This document shows, piece after piece, positions 37,046 through 47,715 of a stretch of DNA of 64,000 bases (position 1 is the stretch's first letter; every line of letters starts with the position of its first letter). Origin of the DNA: Patescibacteria group bacterium (GTDB taxonomy: Bacteria; Patescibacteriota; Minisyncoccia; Phycocordibacterales; PALSA-1337); NCBI GenBank assembly GCA_038065415.1, contig JBBTRA010000007.1, forward strand, positions 34,615-98,614. The letters are read 5' to 3'. The position numbers and the translations under genes were made by a program. Below the pieces are notes generated by a model. The model saw only the letters and a program-made list of their open reading frames with translations. It searched no databases and had not been told where the DNA came from.

Positions 37046-37576
37046 ATGTCCGGCCATAACAAATATTCCAAGATCAAACATATCAAAGCGAAGAACGATG
37101 CTCAAAAAAGCAAGAATTTCGGCAAGCTAGTCCGCCTCATCACCGTAGAAGCAAAGAAGGCGAAGGGTGTCCTCTCTTCCCCAGGCCTCGCCGCAGCGAT
37201 CGAAAAGGCTCGTGGTGAAAATATGCCCAACGACACTATCGATCGCGCTATCAAGAAGGCGACCACTGACAATTCTGCCGATATGGAGTCTATCGTCTAC
37301 GAGAGCTACGGCCCTGGTGGTGTCGCTATCCTCATCGATGCACTCACAGACAACAGGAATAAGGCTGCGCAAGAAATTAAACATATCCTTTCCAAGAATG
37401 GATTCGAGCTTGCCTCCCCTGGTAGTGCATCATGGGCTTTCAAAAAAGAAGGAGGTTCGTGGAACGCGACGACTACTATGCCCCTCGAGGATGCAGATAT
37501 TGAAGTATTGACCAAACTCGTCGAAGAACTGGAGGAGAACGATGAAGTGCAGGAAGTGTTTACGAATGCTGAGTAA
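37046..37576 (+). CDS. YebC/PmpR-family protein, short form
   Basis: MSGHNKYSKIKH.K, YE.YGPGG, TDN.N, DEVQEVFTN. Confidence 0.93.
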   Translation: MSGHNKYSKIKHIKAKNDAQKSKNFGKLVRLITVEAKKAKGVLSSPGLAAAIEKARGENMPNDTIDRAIKKATTDNSADMESIVYESYGPGGVAILIDALTDNRNKAAQEIKHILSKNGFELASPGSASWAFKKEGGSWNATTTMPLEDADIEVLTKLVEELEENDEVQEVFTNAE

Positions 37577-37583
37577 TATCTGA

Positions 37584-38438
37584 ATGGAAACTTGGTTCAT
37601 TCATTCACTCATCGGAGTGGTAGCCATCGGTATAATGATGGCGCTTTTCAAGGTTCCTGTTGCCAAAGGGCATAATAAATATGCATATTCATTTTTGAGC
37701 CTACTGGTGGCCACTCTTTTAGCTGGTATTTTATTCAAGAATTCGGTGCATTTTAACTCCACTGTAATTCTTTTTGCGTCTATGTGGGGAGCTCTATATG
37801 CACTACTTTCTATGCTTCAAATGCAGATGCTTAAAAGGCTCGACACCAATGCTCTCTTCCCTATTACTAGCCTCGGCTCACATACTTTAGTGGTAATACT
37901 TGGAATTACCTTTTTCCATGACAAAATGTCCCCGCTTCAGGGTATAGGAGTGATTGCAACTTTTTTGCTGGTAGGTTTTTATAATTACAATCATAAGCAC
38001 ATAACATTTAGAAACGGCTTGCTTGGTGGGGCTATTGGGATAGTGTTGTTGTCAGCTCTGTCAAAATTTATACAAAAGTTTGCAGCTATTTCTGTGGAAC
38101 TCAATAATTTTATTTTCTGGCAATTATTTTTTGCCACCATAGCAGCATTCTTGATTCTTATCGTTGCAGAGAGAAAAGACCTGAAACAAGGAATGCGGTT
38201 CAATGCCGGTATCGTAATGTGGGGTGCACTCTTGGGAGTTTTGAATTTTGTTGGTACAACTGAAATCACCACCGCTCTTTCTACAGGTCCTTTTTCTCTC
38301 ACTTACACAATTAACTGTTTTTACATCCTCATAACGTCTCTCGTTGCTTGGAGATTCTTCGGTGAAAAACTAACCAGACAAAAAATCATATTTATATTCC
38401 TGTCTATAGGAACAATAATCATGATCGGATTGGGCTAA
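37584..38438 (+). CDS. EamA/DMT-family transporter (AT-rich)
   Basis: About 10 TMs in two repeats, FFHDKM / FFGEKL. Confidence 0.85.
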   Translation: METWFIHSLIGVVAIGIMMALFKVPVAKGHNKYAYSFLSLLVATLLAGILFKNSVHFNSTVILFASMWGALYALLSMLQMQMLKRLDTNALFPITSLGSHTLVVILGITFFHDKMSPLQGIGVIATFLLVGFYNYNHKHITFRNGLLGGAIGIVLLSALSKFIQKFAAISVELNNFIFWQLFFATIAAFLILIVAERKDLKQGMRFNAGIVMWGALLGVLNFVGTTEITTALSTGPFSLTYTINCFYILITSLVAWRFFGEKLTRQKIIFIFLSIGTIIMIGLG

Positions 38439-38499
38439 TGTTTTATCACCAAGCATCTCTGTAATAACTAGCCTCTGCGAATACGCTATACTTATACCT

Positions 38500-38973
38500 A
38501 TGATAATTCTCGGCATAGACCCCGGCTACGATCGTCTCGGCATCGCTGTCATAGAGAAAAACGGCAGGAACAAAGAAAAGCTACTTTATTCTGGCTGCCT
38601 CCAGACGTCCGCAAAAGATGACATATACAAGCGATTTGGCCAGATCGGCGCTAAGGTGGCAGAAGTTATAGCCGAATACAAGCCTGAAGCGCTCGCTCTC
38701 GAAACTCTCTTCATCACCAAAAATCAGAAGACTGCTATGCGCGTCGCCGAGGCTCGCGGCATCATCATATACGAGGCCGTCAGAGCAGGTATCCCCGTAT
38801 TCGAGTACAGTCCGATGCAGATCAAGTCAGCTATCACGAGCGACGGAAGAAGCGACAAAGAGCGCGTCATAAAGATGGTTCATATTCTTGTAGATATGCC
38901 AAAGAAGAAAACTGTTGACGATGAGTACGATGCGGTCGCTGTGGCACTTACCCATAGCGCCTGCTCAAAATAA
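38500..38973 (+). CDS. ruvC: Holliday junction resolvase RuvC
   Basis: ILGIDPG, E.LF, EARG, YSP.QIK, DDEYDAVAVALTH. Confidence 0.96.
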   Translation: MIILGIDPGYDRLGIAVIEKNGRNKEKLLYSGCLQTSAKDDIYKRFGQIGAKVAEVIAEYKPEALALETLFITKNQKTAMRVAEARGIIIYEAVRAGIPVFEYSPMQIKSAITSDGRSDKERVIKMVHILVDMPKKKTVDDEYDAVAVALTHSACSK

Positions 38974-39066
38974 CCACCTTAGGATATCCCCAGCTTTCGT
39001 TTGTTGCCAAAATAAAAAGACTTTGTTACAACTATCGACACAGGAGTTATCAAGTAATTTATAGGT

Positions 39067-39330
39067 ATGCCTACGGTCAAACATCCGCGCACAAAAATAC
39101 ATAAAGCTGTTGCCCCGACTGAAGAACACGATGAAGCGGTAGAGAGTGAGGTGCTTCCCGTAAAAATAAAGAAGGCTATAGAAATAGACGAGCCTGAGCC
39201 AGCAGTTATCGGTGTAGAAGAGAAGCTCGAGGAAGACCCCCTCGCGACGCCCACAGAAGATGATGAGGCTGAGGAGTTATCTCTTGATGGCGAAGAGCTC
39301 AACCCATTCGGAGACCGCTGGGAAGAGTAA
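39067..39330 (+). CDS. Small acidic hypothetical protein
   Basis: 87 aa, E/D-rich, ends NPFGDRWEE. Confidence 0.7.
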   Translation: MPTVKHPRTKIHKAVAPTEEHDEAVESEVLPVKIKKAIEIDEPEPAVIGVEEKLEEDPLATPTEDDEAEELSLDGEELNPFGDRWEE

Positions 39331-39385
39331 TCTCGCATTTCATTGACGGCTTCCGTGGGGGTGGTAGATTTGCTACTATACCCAT

Positions 39386-41917
39386 ATGCCGCACAGAAAA
39401 AATAAGGTTCATCGCCATATCAAGTCTATCGTAGCTCTGGGCCTATCCGCAGGCTTCATTGTGGCAGGACTCATTGCCCTATGGGTCGCCACACTCGAGA
39501 TGCCTGACCTCAGTTCATTCCAGAATCGCAAGAGCATAGAATCTACCAAAATATTCGATAGAAGTGGTACTATCCTTCTCTATGATACTGGTAAAGACGC
39601 CAAGAGGACCGCTCTCCCCCTCGCCAACATATCACCACTCATACAGCAGGCCACGATCGCTATCGAGGACTCTAATTTTTATACTAACATCGGCATTGAG
39701 CCGACATCTATCATCCGTGCAGTCCTTGCGAACATAGCCACTGGCGACTACGGTCAAGGAGCATCGACCATCACTCAACAAGTCGTTAAGAACTCGCTTC
39801 TGACCAAGGACAAGACATTGACTCGAAAGATCAAGGAGTGGGTCATCGCAGTGAAGCTCACCCGCGTCATGAGCAAGGATCAGATCCTCGAGACATATCT
39901 CAACGACACTTCCTATGGAGGTACTATCTTCGGGGTCGAGGAAGCTAGCCGTACATTCTTTGGCAGTCCAGCCAAAGACGTCACTCTTGCCCAAGCATCA
40001 TACTTAGCAGCCATACCTCAAGCGCCTACCTACTATTCCCCGTATGGGACTCACCGAGATGCTCTCGATGCGCGCCGCAAACTCGTATTGCGAAGAATGC
40101 TCGATTTGAGCATCATATCCCAAGAAGAGCACGATGCCGCTCTAGAAGAGAAGGTGCAATTCCTCGCCAAGAACGACTCGAGCATTCGAGCCCCTCACTT
40201 CGTGATGTTCGTGAAGGATTACATAACACAAAAGTACGGCGAAGAAATGGTTTCTGATGGTGGGCTTCGTGTCATAACGACGCTCGATTATGATCTGCAA
40301 CAGAAAGCCGAGGAAACTATCACAAAATTCGGCCCGTCCCTCGCTTCAAACTTCAATGCAAGCAATACTGCCATGGTCGCTTTGGATCCAAAGACTGGCG
40401 ATATCCTCACCATGGTCGGTTCACGAGATTATTTCGATTCCTCTATCGACGGCAACTTCAATATCGCCCTCGCTCAGCGCCAGCCTGGATCAACATTCAA
40501 ACCGTTCGTATATGCGACAGCTTTCAAAAAAGGCTACACCCCAGAAACTGTTCTCTTTGATACAGAGACGGAATTTTCAACACAGTGCACCGTCGAAGGA
40601 AAACCAAAGAAGGATGGTGCTGACCCAACAAAGGTCTGTTATTCACCTGACGAATATGACCACCTTTTCCCTGGCCCGATGAGTATACGCAAAGCTCTCG
40701 CCCAATCTAGAAATATCCCTGCAGTAAAAGCACTCTACCTAGCAGGCATCGCCAACGCCATACAGACAGGAGAAGACATGGGCATCACCAGTCTCACTGA
40801 TCCAAACAGGTATGGACTCACGCTGGTGCTTGGAGGAGGAGAAGTATCTCTGCTCGAGCTCACCAGTGCATACGGAGTATTCGCCAATGATGGCATGCGT
40901 AACCCCTATCGCTCAGTTCTGCGTGTCGAGGACAGTAAGGGTACGATACTAGAAGATGTAGGCCCTCCAGCATCCGTGTCCGCCCTGCAACCTGAGATTG
41001 CTCGACAAATCTCTGACATCCTTTCAGACAACAGTGTACGCATGGAAAGCCTCAAACCTATCGCCGACAGCGTCGGACGTCAGGTAGCCATAAAGACTGG
41101 TACGACCAATGATTACCGAGATGTGTGGGCTATCGGCTATACCCCAAACTTGGTCGTCGGTGCCTGGGCAGGAAAAAATGACAACACCCCTATGCGACAA
41201 AATGTCGCAGGATTGATTATTGCACCAGTCTGGGGAGCATTCATGGCAGAGGTTGCAACCAATTTCCCTCCAGAGAATTTCCAGGCTCCACCACCTCCTC
41301 TTTCAGATAATAAGCCTGTCTTGCGTGGTATATGGCAAGGAGGTGCATCTTATTGGAAAGATTCCGTATCTGGAAAAGTCGCAACTGAGTATACCCCTAT
41401 AGAAACCAAGAAAGAAGTTATATTCAACAATGTACACAGTATCCTCAATTGGGTCGACAAGGATGACCCACGAGGTCCAGCTCCTACTGATCCGAAGGAG
41501 GACTCGCAATATGAATACTGGGAATATGGTGTGAGGAAGTGGTTCACGGAATACCAAAAGGCGAACCCCGACTTCAAGGAGGCTACGACCATAAACATTC
41601 CCAACACTACCGATGATGTGCACCTACCAGAAAAAGCTCCGCGCGTATCTTTCATTTCTCCACAACCGGGCACATCGATCGGTCCACGCGACAGTCTTGT
41701 CATACAGCTTCGCTCAACCGGTGCATATCAGCCACAGAAGACTGAGGTTCGTCTCAATGGCAAGTACATCCTCACTTCGGACAAAGATCCTCTGAATATC
41801 TCCTTCTTTCCTTCAGATGTAGGTAGCCTCGACGACGAGAATACTCTCTCTGTCACACTTTATGACAGTGTATTCAACAAGAGCACTGCCACAACAACAT
41901 TCTCTGTTAGAGACTAG
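39386..41917 (+). CDS. Class A penicillin-binding protein with C-terminal Ig-like domain
   Basis: TM, ED..FY, GASTITQQ, RKIKE; STFK, SRN, KTGT. Confidence 0.95.
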   Translation: MPHRKNKVHRHIKSIVALGLSAGFIVAGLIALWVATLEMPDLSSFQNRKSIESTKIFDRSGTILLYDTGKDAKRTALPLANISPLIQQATIAIEDSNFYTNIGIEPTSIIRAVLANIATGDYGQGASTITQQVVKNSLLTKDKTLTRKIKEWVIAVKLTRVMSKDQILETYLNDTSYGGTIFGVEEASRTFFGSPAKDVTLAQASYLAAIPQAPTYYSPYGTHRDALDARRKLVLRRMLDLSIISQEEHDAALEEKVQFLAKNDSSIRAPHFVMFVKDYITQKYGEEMVSDGGLRVITTLDYDLQQKAEETITKFGPSLASNFNASNTAMVALDPKTGDILTMVGSRDYFDSSIDGNFNIALAQRQPGSTFKPFVYATAFKKGYTPETVLFDTETEFSTQCTVEGKPKKDGADPTKVCYSPDEYDHLFPGPMSIRKALAQSRNIPAVKALYLAGIANAIQTGEDMGITSLTDPNRYGLTLVLGGGEVSLLELTSAYGVFANDGMRNPYRSVLRVEDSKGTILEDVGPPASVSALQPEIARQISDILSDNSVRMESLKPIADSVGRQVAIKTGTTNDYRDVWAIGYTPNLVVGAWAGKNDNTPMRQNVAGLIIAPVWGAFMAEVATNFPPENFQAPPPPLSDNKPVLRGIWQGGASYWKDSVSGKVATEYTPIETKKEVIFNNVHSILNWVDKDDPRGPAPTDPKEDSQYEYWEYGVRKWFTEYQKANPDFKEATTINIPNTTDDVHLPEKAPRVSFISPQPGTSIGPRDSLVIQLRSTGAYQPQKTEVRLNGKYILTSDKDPLNISFFPSDVGSLDDENTLSVTLYDSVFNKSTATTTFSVRD

Positions 41918-41948
41918 TGCCGTAGAGACCAAAAATTTGCATGGGTCC

Positions 41949-42209
41949 TTACCTAATATCAGTAACAACTCTGATCGATTGTTGAGAATTGATCTCCGAG
42001 AGAATTGTTTGCTTCTTTATGAAGATCTGCGATCTCTGCATAGCGGTGATACCCTTCAGGATAGCCGTAGACGAACTAAAATCGATATATTCAAGGGGGA
42101 TATCGAACCGAGCATGCTTCTTGATAGCTTCAGCTACTGTGGAACGTACTGCCAGCTCTTTTGAATGCTTGCCTTGTATCCTTTTGAAGAATTCTGATAT
42201 CTTGAGCAT
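41949..42209 (-). CDS. Small protein, possibly DciA/DUF721-like
   Basis: 86 aa directly after dnaN; SQIFIKKQTIL..IN....VTDIR pattern. Confidence 0.5.
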   Translation of the reverse strand: MLKISEFFKRIQGKHSKELAVRSTVAEAIKKHARFDIPLEYIDFSSSTAILKGITAMQRSQIFIKKQTILSEINSQQSIRVVTDIR

Positions 42210-42218
42210 AGGTATTCC

Positions 42219-43325
42219 CTATCTGTTCATTGGCATGACGAGATACAGGAATGTCTGATCTCCAGAAACCGGTTTTACAACCACGGGTCTGTTGAGACCG
42301 TTGAGTTGGAGCGAAATACTGTCTGCATCAATCGACTGGAAACCATCAATGAGGTACTTGTAGTTAAAATTGATCTCCATTCTCTCCCCCGTAAGGGCAG
42401 CATCGACGACGGTTTGATTCTCACCAATATCACTATTCTTGGTTTGTATCTCGAACATCTTACCTTTTGGATCTATAGTGAGATGCACTTGATTGAATTT
42501 GTCAGAGAATATGTTTGATATCTTGAGTGAGTTCAGAATATCTTGCTTGAGAGCGACAACTTCCGTAGTGAATGTTTTTGGAATAATCTGACGATAGTCT
42601 GGAAATACTCCATCGATAACACGCGATACTATATAAATGCCATTATTCTCAAATGAGATAAGATTTTTGCTGGTTTTGATAGTGGTTGTACTCCCCATAT
42701 TCTGCAGAACCCTTATGATATCTTGAGTATTCTTGAATGGGATCAATGTATCGCTCAATTTCGAATTATCTGGATTCTTCACTTTCTTCTCCGCTAAACG
42801 GAATGAGTCTGTTGCAACGAATGTTAGGTATTCCCCATCTTTGTACACATATATACTCGAAAGCTCTGGTTTTACACTAGAAATTGAAGCACTATAGGCA
42901 ACCGCACTCAACCCTTGTATGAAGATATCTGGAGCAATTGTATACTCCTGACCATCCGTAACCTTTGGTATTGGTGGAAAATCTTCAGGGGGAAGGGTTT
43001 TTATAACTCCTTTTGATTTACTGGTCTTGATATGAGCGTTTCCTGATACAACCTCTATAGACACCACTTGATTCTGATCCGTTATTTGAGATACGAAAGA
43101 TGAGAGTGTATGAGCTGGTATAGCTATCACACCTGTACCATCTGACTTTACAGGAACTGAGATCTCTACCCCCACATCGAGATTTGTCGCCTTGAATAGA
43201 GCGCTATTCTTCTCTACCTCTATCAATATACATGAAAGGACGGGTAATGTTTGATGTTTACCAGCTACCCTTTCTATGAGTTGTATTGTCTCTCTGAGTT
43301 TTTTGAATCCGATGTCTATCTTCAT
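42219..43325 (-). CDS. dnaN: DNA polymerase III beta clamp
   Basis: ATNLD, EDFP, VATDSFRLA, G.FPDY, YLVMPM. Confidence 0.98.
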   Translation of the reverse strand: MKIDIGFKKLRETIQLIERVAGKHQTLPVLSCILIEVEKNSALFKATNLDVGVEISVPVKSDGTGVIAIPAHTLSSFVSQITDQNQVVSIEVVSGNAHIKTSKSKGVIKTLPPEDFPPIPKVTDGQEYTIAPDIFIQGLSAVAYSASISSVKPELSSIYVYKDGEYLTFVATDSFRLAEKKVKNPDNSKLSDTLIPFKNTQDIIRVLQNMGSTTTIKTSKNLISFENNGIYIVSRVIDGVFPDYRQIIPKTFTTEVVALKQDILNSLKISNIFSDKFNQVHLTIDPKGKMFEIQTKNSDIGENQTVVDAALTGERMEINFNYKYLIDGFQSIDADSISLQLNGLNRPVVVKPVSGDQTFLYLVMPMNR

Positions 43326-43553
43326 GGTATTGTTCTTTTTTTATACAAAACACAGTTTTGTTATTAGTCCTGTGGGTATGTGTATAAAGTTAATATGTGG
43401 CTTAGATACTATTTATTTTTGATTTTATTTTTCCAACTTCCTGTTGAGGAGAAATCAGACTTTTTAAAACATCTCATTTCTGTGTATTACTCGGTCAGTT
43501 ACCCACATGTTTATCCTCGCTTATGTACATGCTACCCACACCTTCTCCCCACT
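43326..43553. other. Replication origin (oriC) between dnaA and dnaN
   Basis: DnaA boxes TGTGTATAA 43379-43387, TGTGGGTAT, TGTGTATTA, TTACCCACA; AT-rich tract ~43408-43432. Confidence 0.85.
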
Positions 43554-44900
43554 CTACAGCATCGTCCTCACCTGCGTAATCTCCTGTGACAACAACTGAT
43601 CAGTTTTCATCTCCTCGCGCATCTTTTCGTATGAATGAATGACAGTGGTATGATCTCTACCACCAAGCTTCTCTCCGATAGATGGGAAGGATATACCGAA
43701 ATCCTCACGAAGGATGTACATGACCACCTGGCGAGGGCGCACCACCTCCTTCCTGCGGGTTTTGTTGTATATGCTATCCTCGTCTATGTTGTAGAACTCA
43801 GAGACGATCTTCACTACATCCTTCACAGACATCATTTTCTTTGGTTTAACGTTGTTTTTGAGGATATTTCTGATCTCGTTGAGGCTCAGTTCCCTATTTT
43901 TGAGCTGAGTCTGACAAGCGATGACGTTGATGATACCTTCTATCTCGCGGATATTGTCCTCTATAGATGAAGAGATGTAGTCTATTATCTCATCAGAAAG
44001 GGTTATGTTGTGAGGTGCACACTTACTGCGGACGATCATCATACGCGACTCTTGATCGGGCTCAGGTATATCTATGATCATGCCTGCGTTAAATCTGCCC
44101 TTGAGACGGTCTTCGAGGCCTGGTATGACATTTGGATGTTTATCAGAGGAGAATATGAGCTGACGCGATGAATCATAGAAGGTATTGAAGAAATGAAAGA
44201 GTTCTTCCTGGAATTTTTCTTTGCCAGCAAAAAACTGCACATCATCCATAATGATCACGTCATATTTGCGGTACCTATCTTTGAAAGCCTGAACCTTTGC
44301 CTCTTGAATGGCTGAAAAGAGCTCAGAACCGAACCTTTCAGATGTAAGATAGAAGACTTTTTTGTTCGGATGGAGCTTTTTGATCTGGTTGCCTACAGCT
44401 TGGATGATATGCGTCTTACCACGACCGGTCTGTCCGTATATGAAGAGGGGGTTATATGACTGTCCTGGCGTCTTTACGACCGTCTGGGAGGCGGCATGGG
44501 CAAGTTCATTGAAGGGTCCAACGATAAGGGTCTCAAAAGTGTAGCGAGGATTGAGATTATCATCCTTATTCACATAGAAATCCTGCAACGGCATGGCTAT
44601 TGTAGGCATGCTGATCACGTCTTTCTTGGATTGGTGCGAACCCTTCCCTTCTTCTTTGATGATTACGTACTCAAGGGCGCGTACACGTTCATTCATCTGG
44701 CGCAGGATGCGCAGTATTGAGTTGTGGAACTTCTTTTGTAGCCACTCATGAGTGAATGAGTTAGGGACTCCGAGATATACCACCCCCTCATCTTCGCGCA
44801 GTATTCTGATGTCTTTGAACCATGTGGAGAAGTTTGCTTGAGAAACAGCAGTCTCTATCTCTATGAGTGCAGTCTGCCACATTTTCGTGAAGTCATTCAT
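43554..44900 (-). CDS. dnaA: Chromosomal replication initiator DnaA
   Basis: [45 protein letters not shown]. Confidence 0.99.
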   Translation of the reverse strand: MNDFTKMWQTALIEIETAVSQANFSTWFKDIRILREDEGVVYLGVPNSFTHEWLQKKFHNSILRILRQMNERVRALEYVIIKEEGKGSHQSKKDVISMPTIAMPLQDFYVNKDDNLNPRYTFETLIVGPFNELAHAASQTVVKTPGQSYNPLFIYGQTGRGKTHIIQAVGNQIKKLHPNKKVFYLTSERFGSELFSAIQEAKVQAFKDRYRKYDVIIMDDVQFFAGKEKFQEELFHFFNTFYDSSRQLIFSSDKHPNVIPGLEDRLKGRFNAGMIIDIPEPDQESRMMIVRSKCAPHNITLSDEIIDYISSSIEDNIREIEGIINVIACQTQLKNRELSLNEIRNILKNNVKPKKMMSVKDVVKIVSEFYNIDEDSIYNKTRRKEVVRPRQVVMYILREDFGISFPSIGEKLGGRDHTTVIHSYEKMREEMKTDQLLSQEITQVRTML

Positions 44901-44939
44901 AGGATTTGGTGCCTATAAGTATATACCTGTTTATAGATT

Positions 44940-44995
44940 TGCAAACTTGTGGAGAACAAAAAAATATGTTGATAAGTTGGGGACAACAAACAATA
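44940..44995. promoter_or_regulatory. DnaA-box cluster upstream of dnaA
   Basis: TGTGGAGAA 44948-44956, TGTTGATAA 44967-44975, TGGGGACAA. Confidence 0.7.
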
Positions 44996-45063
44996 ACATC
45001 AATTGTGCAACACTGTCTTCAATAATATTGATTTATATCGAGATGTGCGGTATAGTCCTATCC

Positions 45064-45198
45064 ATGTCATTCACGTATAACCCAAACAAGCGCAAGCGCG
45101 CTAAGTCGCACGGATTCCGCGTCCGTATGAAGACTGCTCCAGGCCGTAAGGTCCTCGCTCGCCGCCGTGCCAAGGGCCGCACCCGCGTCGCTGTATAA
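45064..45198 (+). CDS. rpmH: 50S ribosomal protein L34
   Basis: [22 protein letters not shown]...RRRAKGR. Confidence 0.97.
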   Translation: MSFTYNPNKRKRAKSHGFRVRMKTAPGRKVLARRRAKGRTRVAV

Positions 45199-45199
45199 T

Positions 45200-45535
45200 A
45201 TGTCTCCCCGTTCACAGAGGCTCTCTGCTGAACAATTCAACTCCGTCATGGAAAAAGGAAGAGTCTCCCACTCTTCCCTTTTTCTCATGCGCCTAGTCAG
45301 TGGATCAACGGATACTAGGGTGGCTGCGGTTGCTCCCAAGAAAGTCGCCAAGACAGCAGTGATGCGCAACAAAATCAGGCGCAAGATATATGAGGCATTG
45401 AAAGTGATCAAACCTACATTGAAACCAAGCTTCCATGCCATAGTTTTGGCCAAACCTGCCATGATGCAGAAAAAGCAGATAGAGATAGTGGCTGACATGC
45501 GGGAGCTCTTTGTTAAAGCCAACCTTTTGAGGTAA
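45200..45535 (+). CDS. rnpA: Ribonuclease P protein
   Basis: KKVAKTAVMRNKIRR (RNR motif), follows rpmH. Confidence 0.92.
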   Translation: MSPRSQRLSAEQFNSVMEKGRVSHSSLFLMRLVSGSTDTRVAAVAPKKVAKTAVMRNKIRRKIYEALKVIKPTLKPSFHAIVLAKPAMMQKKQIEIVADMRELFVKANLLR

Positions 45536-45546
45536 CATGTACTTCT

Positions 45547-46296
45547 ATGTATAACGAACTCATATTTCGCCCGCTCTACAACGGCCTTGTTGGGATTATG
45601 GATCTCATACCGTGGATAGATGTCGGTATAGCCGTCATTATCTTTACTGCGATTGTGAAGCTCATCCTCTTTCCTCTTTCCAAGTCTTCTCTCCTGACTC
45701 AGGTCAAAATGAAAGAGATAGAGCCTGAGGCAGCGAAGGTCAGGGCGCAATATGCGTCAGACAGGCAGTTGCAGGCGCTCAAGATCATGGAGCTCTACAA
45801 ATCCAAGAACATCAAGCCGTTCTCGGGCATCCTCCTTCTCTTTATACAACTCCCAATACTGTTTGCACTCATATCGGTTTTCTACAAGATCATACCTACG
45901 ATTGATCCACAGTATCTCTACAGCTTCATTTCAGCGCCGGACATTTCTGGGAAGATCAATTTTCTCGGCCTCATAGACCTTACCCAAAAGAGCCTTATCT
46001 TGTCGTTGGCCACAGGAGCCATACAGTACCTTCAGTTACACTTCTCGCTGGCCTCGCGCCCCCCTGCTCCAGCTCCCGCTGGACAGACACCAGATATGGC
46101 CACCCAACTATCGCACTCCATGAGCAAGCAGATGAAGTATCTCCTTCCTATTATCGCCTTCGCTTCGACTTACTGGCTCATTCCAGCTCAGTTCCCGCAA
46201 GCAGCTGCTATTATCGCCATCTACTGGTCTACGAGTACGCTCTTCACTCTTGTTCAAGAGCTCTACATACGTAAAAAGCATATTGGTAAGCTGTAG
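45547..46296 (+). CDS. yidC: Membrane protein insertase YidC (short form)
   Basis: KLILFPL, MKEIEPE, MELYK...PFSG, IQLPI, YW. Confidence 0.92.
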   Translation: MYNELIFRPLYNGLVGIMDLIPWIDVGIAVIIFTAIVKLILFPLSKSSLLTQVKMKEIEPEAAKVRAQYASDRQLQALKIMELYKSKNIKPFSGILLLFIQLPILFALISVFYKIIPTIDPQYLYSFISAPDISGKINFLGLIDLTQKSLILSLATGAIQYLQLHFSLASRPPAPAPAGQTPDMATQLSHSMSKQMKYLLPIIAFASTYWLIPAQFPQAAAIIAIYWSTSTLFTLVQELYIRKKHIGKL

Positions 46297-46297
46297 G

Positions 46298-46405
46298 AAG
46301 CCAGCAGGACACATGCATTTCTGCTTGGCTATGTCGTGTTTGTACACGACATATTAGTGTACCGTTCTGCATAGCCAAGCAGAAATGCATGTGTCCTGCT
46401 GGCTT
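46298..46405. repeat. Long palindrome A: 36-bp perfect arms around a 36-nt core
   Basis: Arms 46298-46333 and 46370-46405 are exact reverse complements. Confidence 0.95.
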
Positions 46406-46417
46406 GACTCCTCTTAC

Positions 46418-47713
46418 CTAGTTACTCGAAACGAGATCCAATGACCAGAGAGTCAGGTCATTTTTGTTCATAAAGAAGAGGAAATCATCCTTCTCATCAA
46501 GTCCTAGATTGAAGGCATCGATGACACGATCAGACTTGTCTACGATAGACGATATGAGCTTAATCTCCCCTGTTGCACCGTTTATCTGCCAGATTTTATC
46601 CACAAAAGACACACTTCCCTTGTACCAATCATCTGGGTACGAGCCTACGATTGGCTGACTTGGAGCTGCGCAGTACACCATCTCCTTGTAGAAATTTCCC
46701 CACACACATTTGTCAGACATAGTGCGAACGATGGCATCGACTGTGGTTCCGTCTGCAATGGTGTATAAGTTGGATGATAGAGTTTTTCCACCAGATGAGA
46801 TGAGTACACGCTTGGCGTCAGTGCTCACTTTGGTGCTGATACCTATTACCGGACCGGCGATCTTTCTCCATATACCCGACTTTGGATCTACGAAGTAGAG
46901 GAACCCGCCTTCTGATGCTGTTCCTTTGGTGGTGATGGCTATAGTCTTCTCTTCCGGCCATTCTACATTGACCTGCGTGATCGGTGTGGTGAATATTTGA
47001 GTTATCGACTTTCCATCAAAGCTTGATACGTACCCTACTCCGGTACCACTCTCGTTGATGAGCATGAAGAGTTTGTCTTTCTTTGGGGAAGCGGCATATG
47101 CTATCAGGTTATCAGGAAGCCCTTTGCCTGCGAGCTCATATGGAGTGAGTGACTGCACTGCGGGGACTGTGGGTAGTGTTGAGCTTGCGGTAGAGGTTGC
47201 CACTTTTGGTACGGGGCGGAGTCTGATATCCGCATATACGGTTGATGTCTGACTGGTATTGTCCAAGAAAGATGATCCGATGAATGCCGTGAGGTTCTTA
47301 TTCCATATGCTTGAATATACGCGAGGTACAACCGTATTCGATATGGTCAATAGGTCAAGCTTGTCGCCGTGTGCCTCTATGATGTTCCCTCTTCCTCTAT
47401 CTATCCAGCGCACCACAGTCGTAGTTGCGGTCGTGCTCGCCCCGTATCCTCCAATCGGAGTGGTGCTCAAGAGGCGCAAAGCGGGCAGTTTAACGGCAGT
47501 GACCGGAGTTGTGGTCGACCCTGAAGGTACCTGTGTAGTAGGTGTCGATGGTTCCCCGTTTCCGGTAGGTGTCCTACCGAACGGAGTGAAACCGCTCGGA
47601 GTCTGTCCACCGTCTGGAGTAGCTGTATCCGTCGAGGTGCGCATGAAGAAGTACCAGTAGGCACCGGCACCGAGAAGTATGAAAACCAAAATGATAGGAA
47701 GTACTTTTTTCAT
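46418..47713 (-). CDS. Membrane-anchored secreted protein, beta-rich (propeller-like)
   Basis: N-terminal TM, T/P linker, DKCVW..YCAAP..PDDWY.G. Confidence 0.75.
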   Translation of the reverse strand: MKKVLPIILVFILLGAGAYWYFFMRTSTDTATPDGGQTPSGFTPFGRTPTGNGEPSTPTTQVPSGSTTTPVTAVKLPALRLLSTTPIGGYGASTTATTTVVRWIDRGRGNIIEAHGDKLDLLTISNTVVPRVYSSIWNKNLTAFIGSSFLDNTSQTSTVYADIRLRPVPKVATSTASSTLPTVPAVQSLTPYELAGKGLPDNLIAYAASPKKDKLFMLINESGTGVGYVSSFDGKSITQIFTTPITQVNVEWPEEKTIAITTKGTASEGGFLYFVDPKSGIWRKIAGPVIGISTKVSTDAKRVLISSGGKTLSSNLYTIADGTTVDAIVRTMSDKCVWGNFYKEMVYCAAPSQPIVGSYPDDWYKGSVSFVDKIWQINGATGEIKLISSIVDKSDRVIDAFNLGLDEKDDFLFFMNKNDLTLWSLDLVSSN

Positions 47714-47715
47714 GG

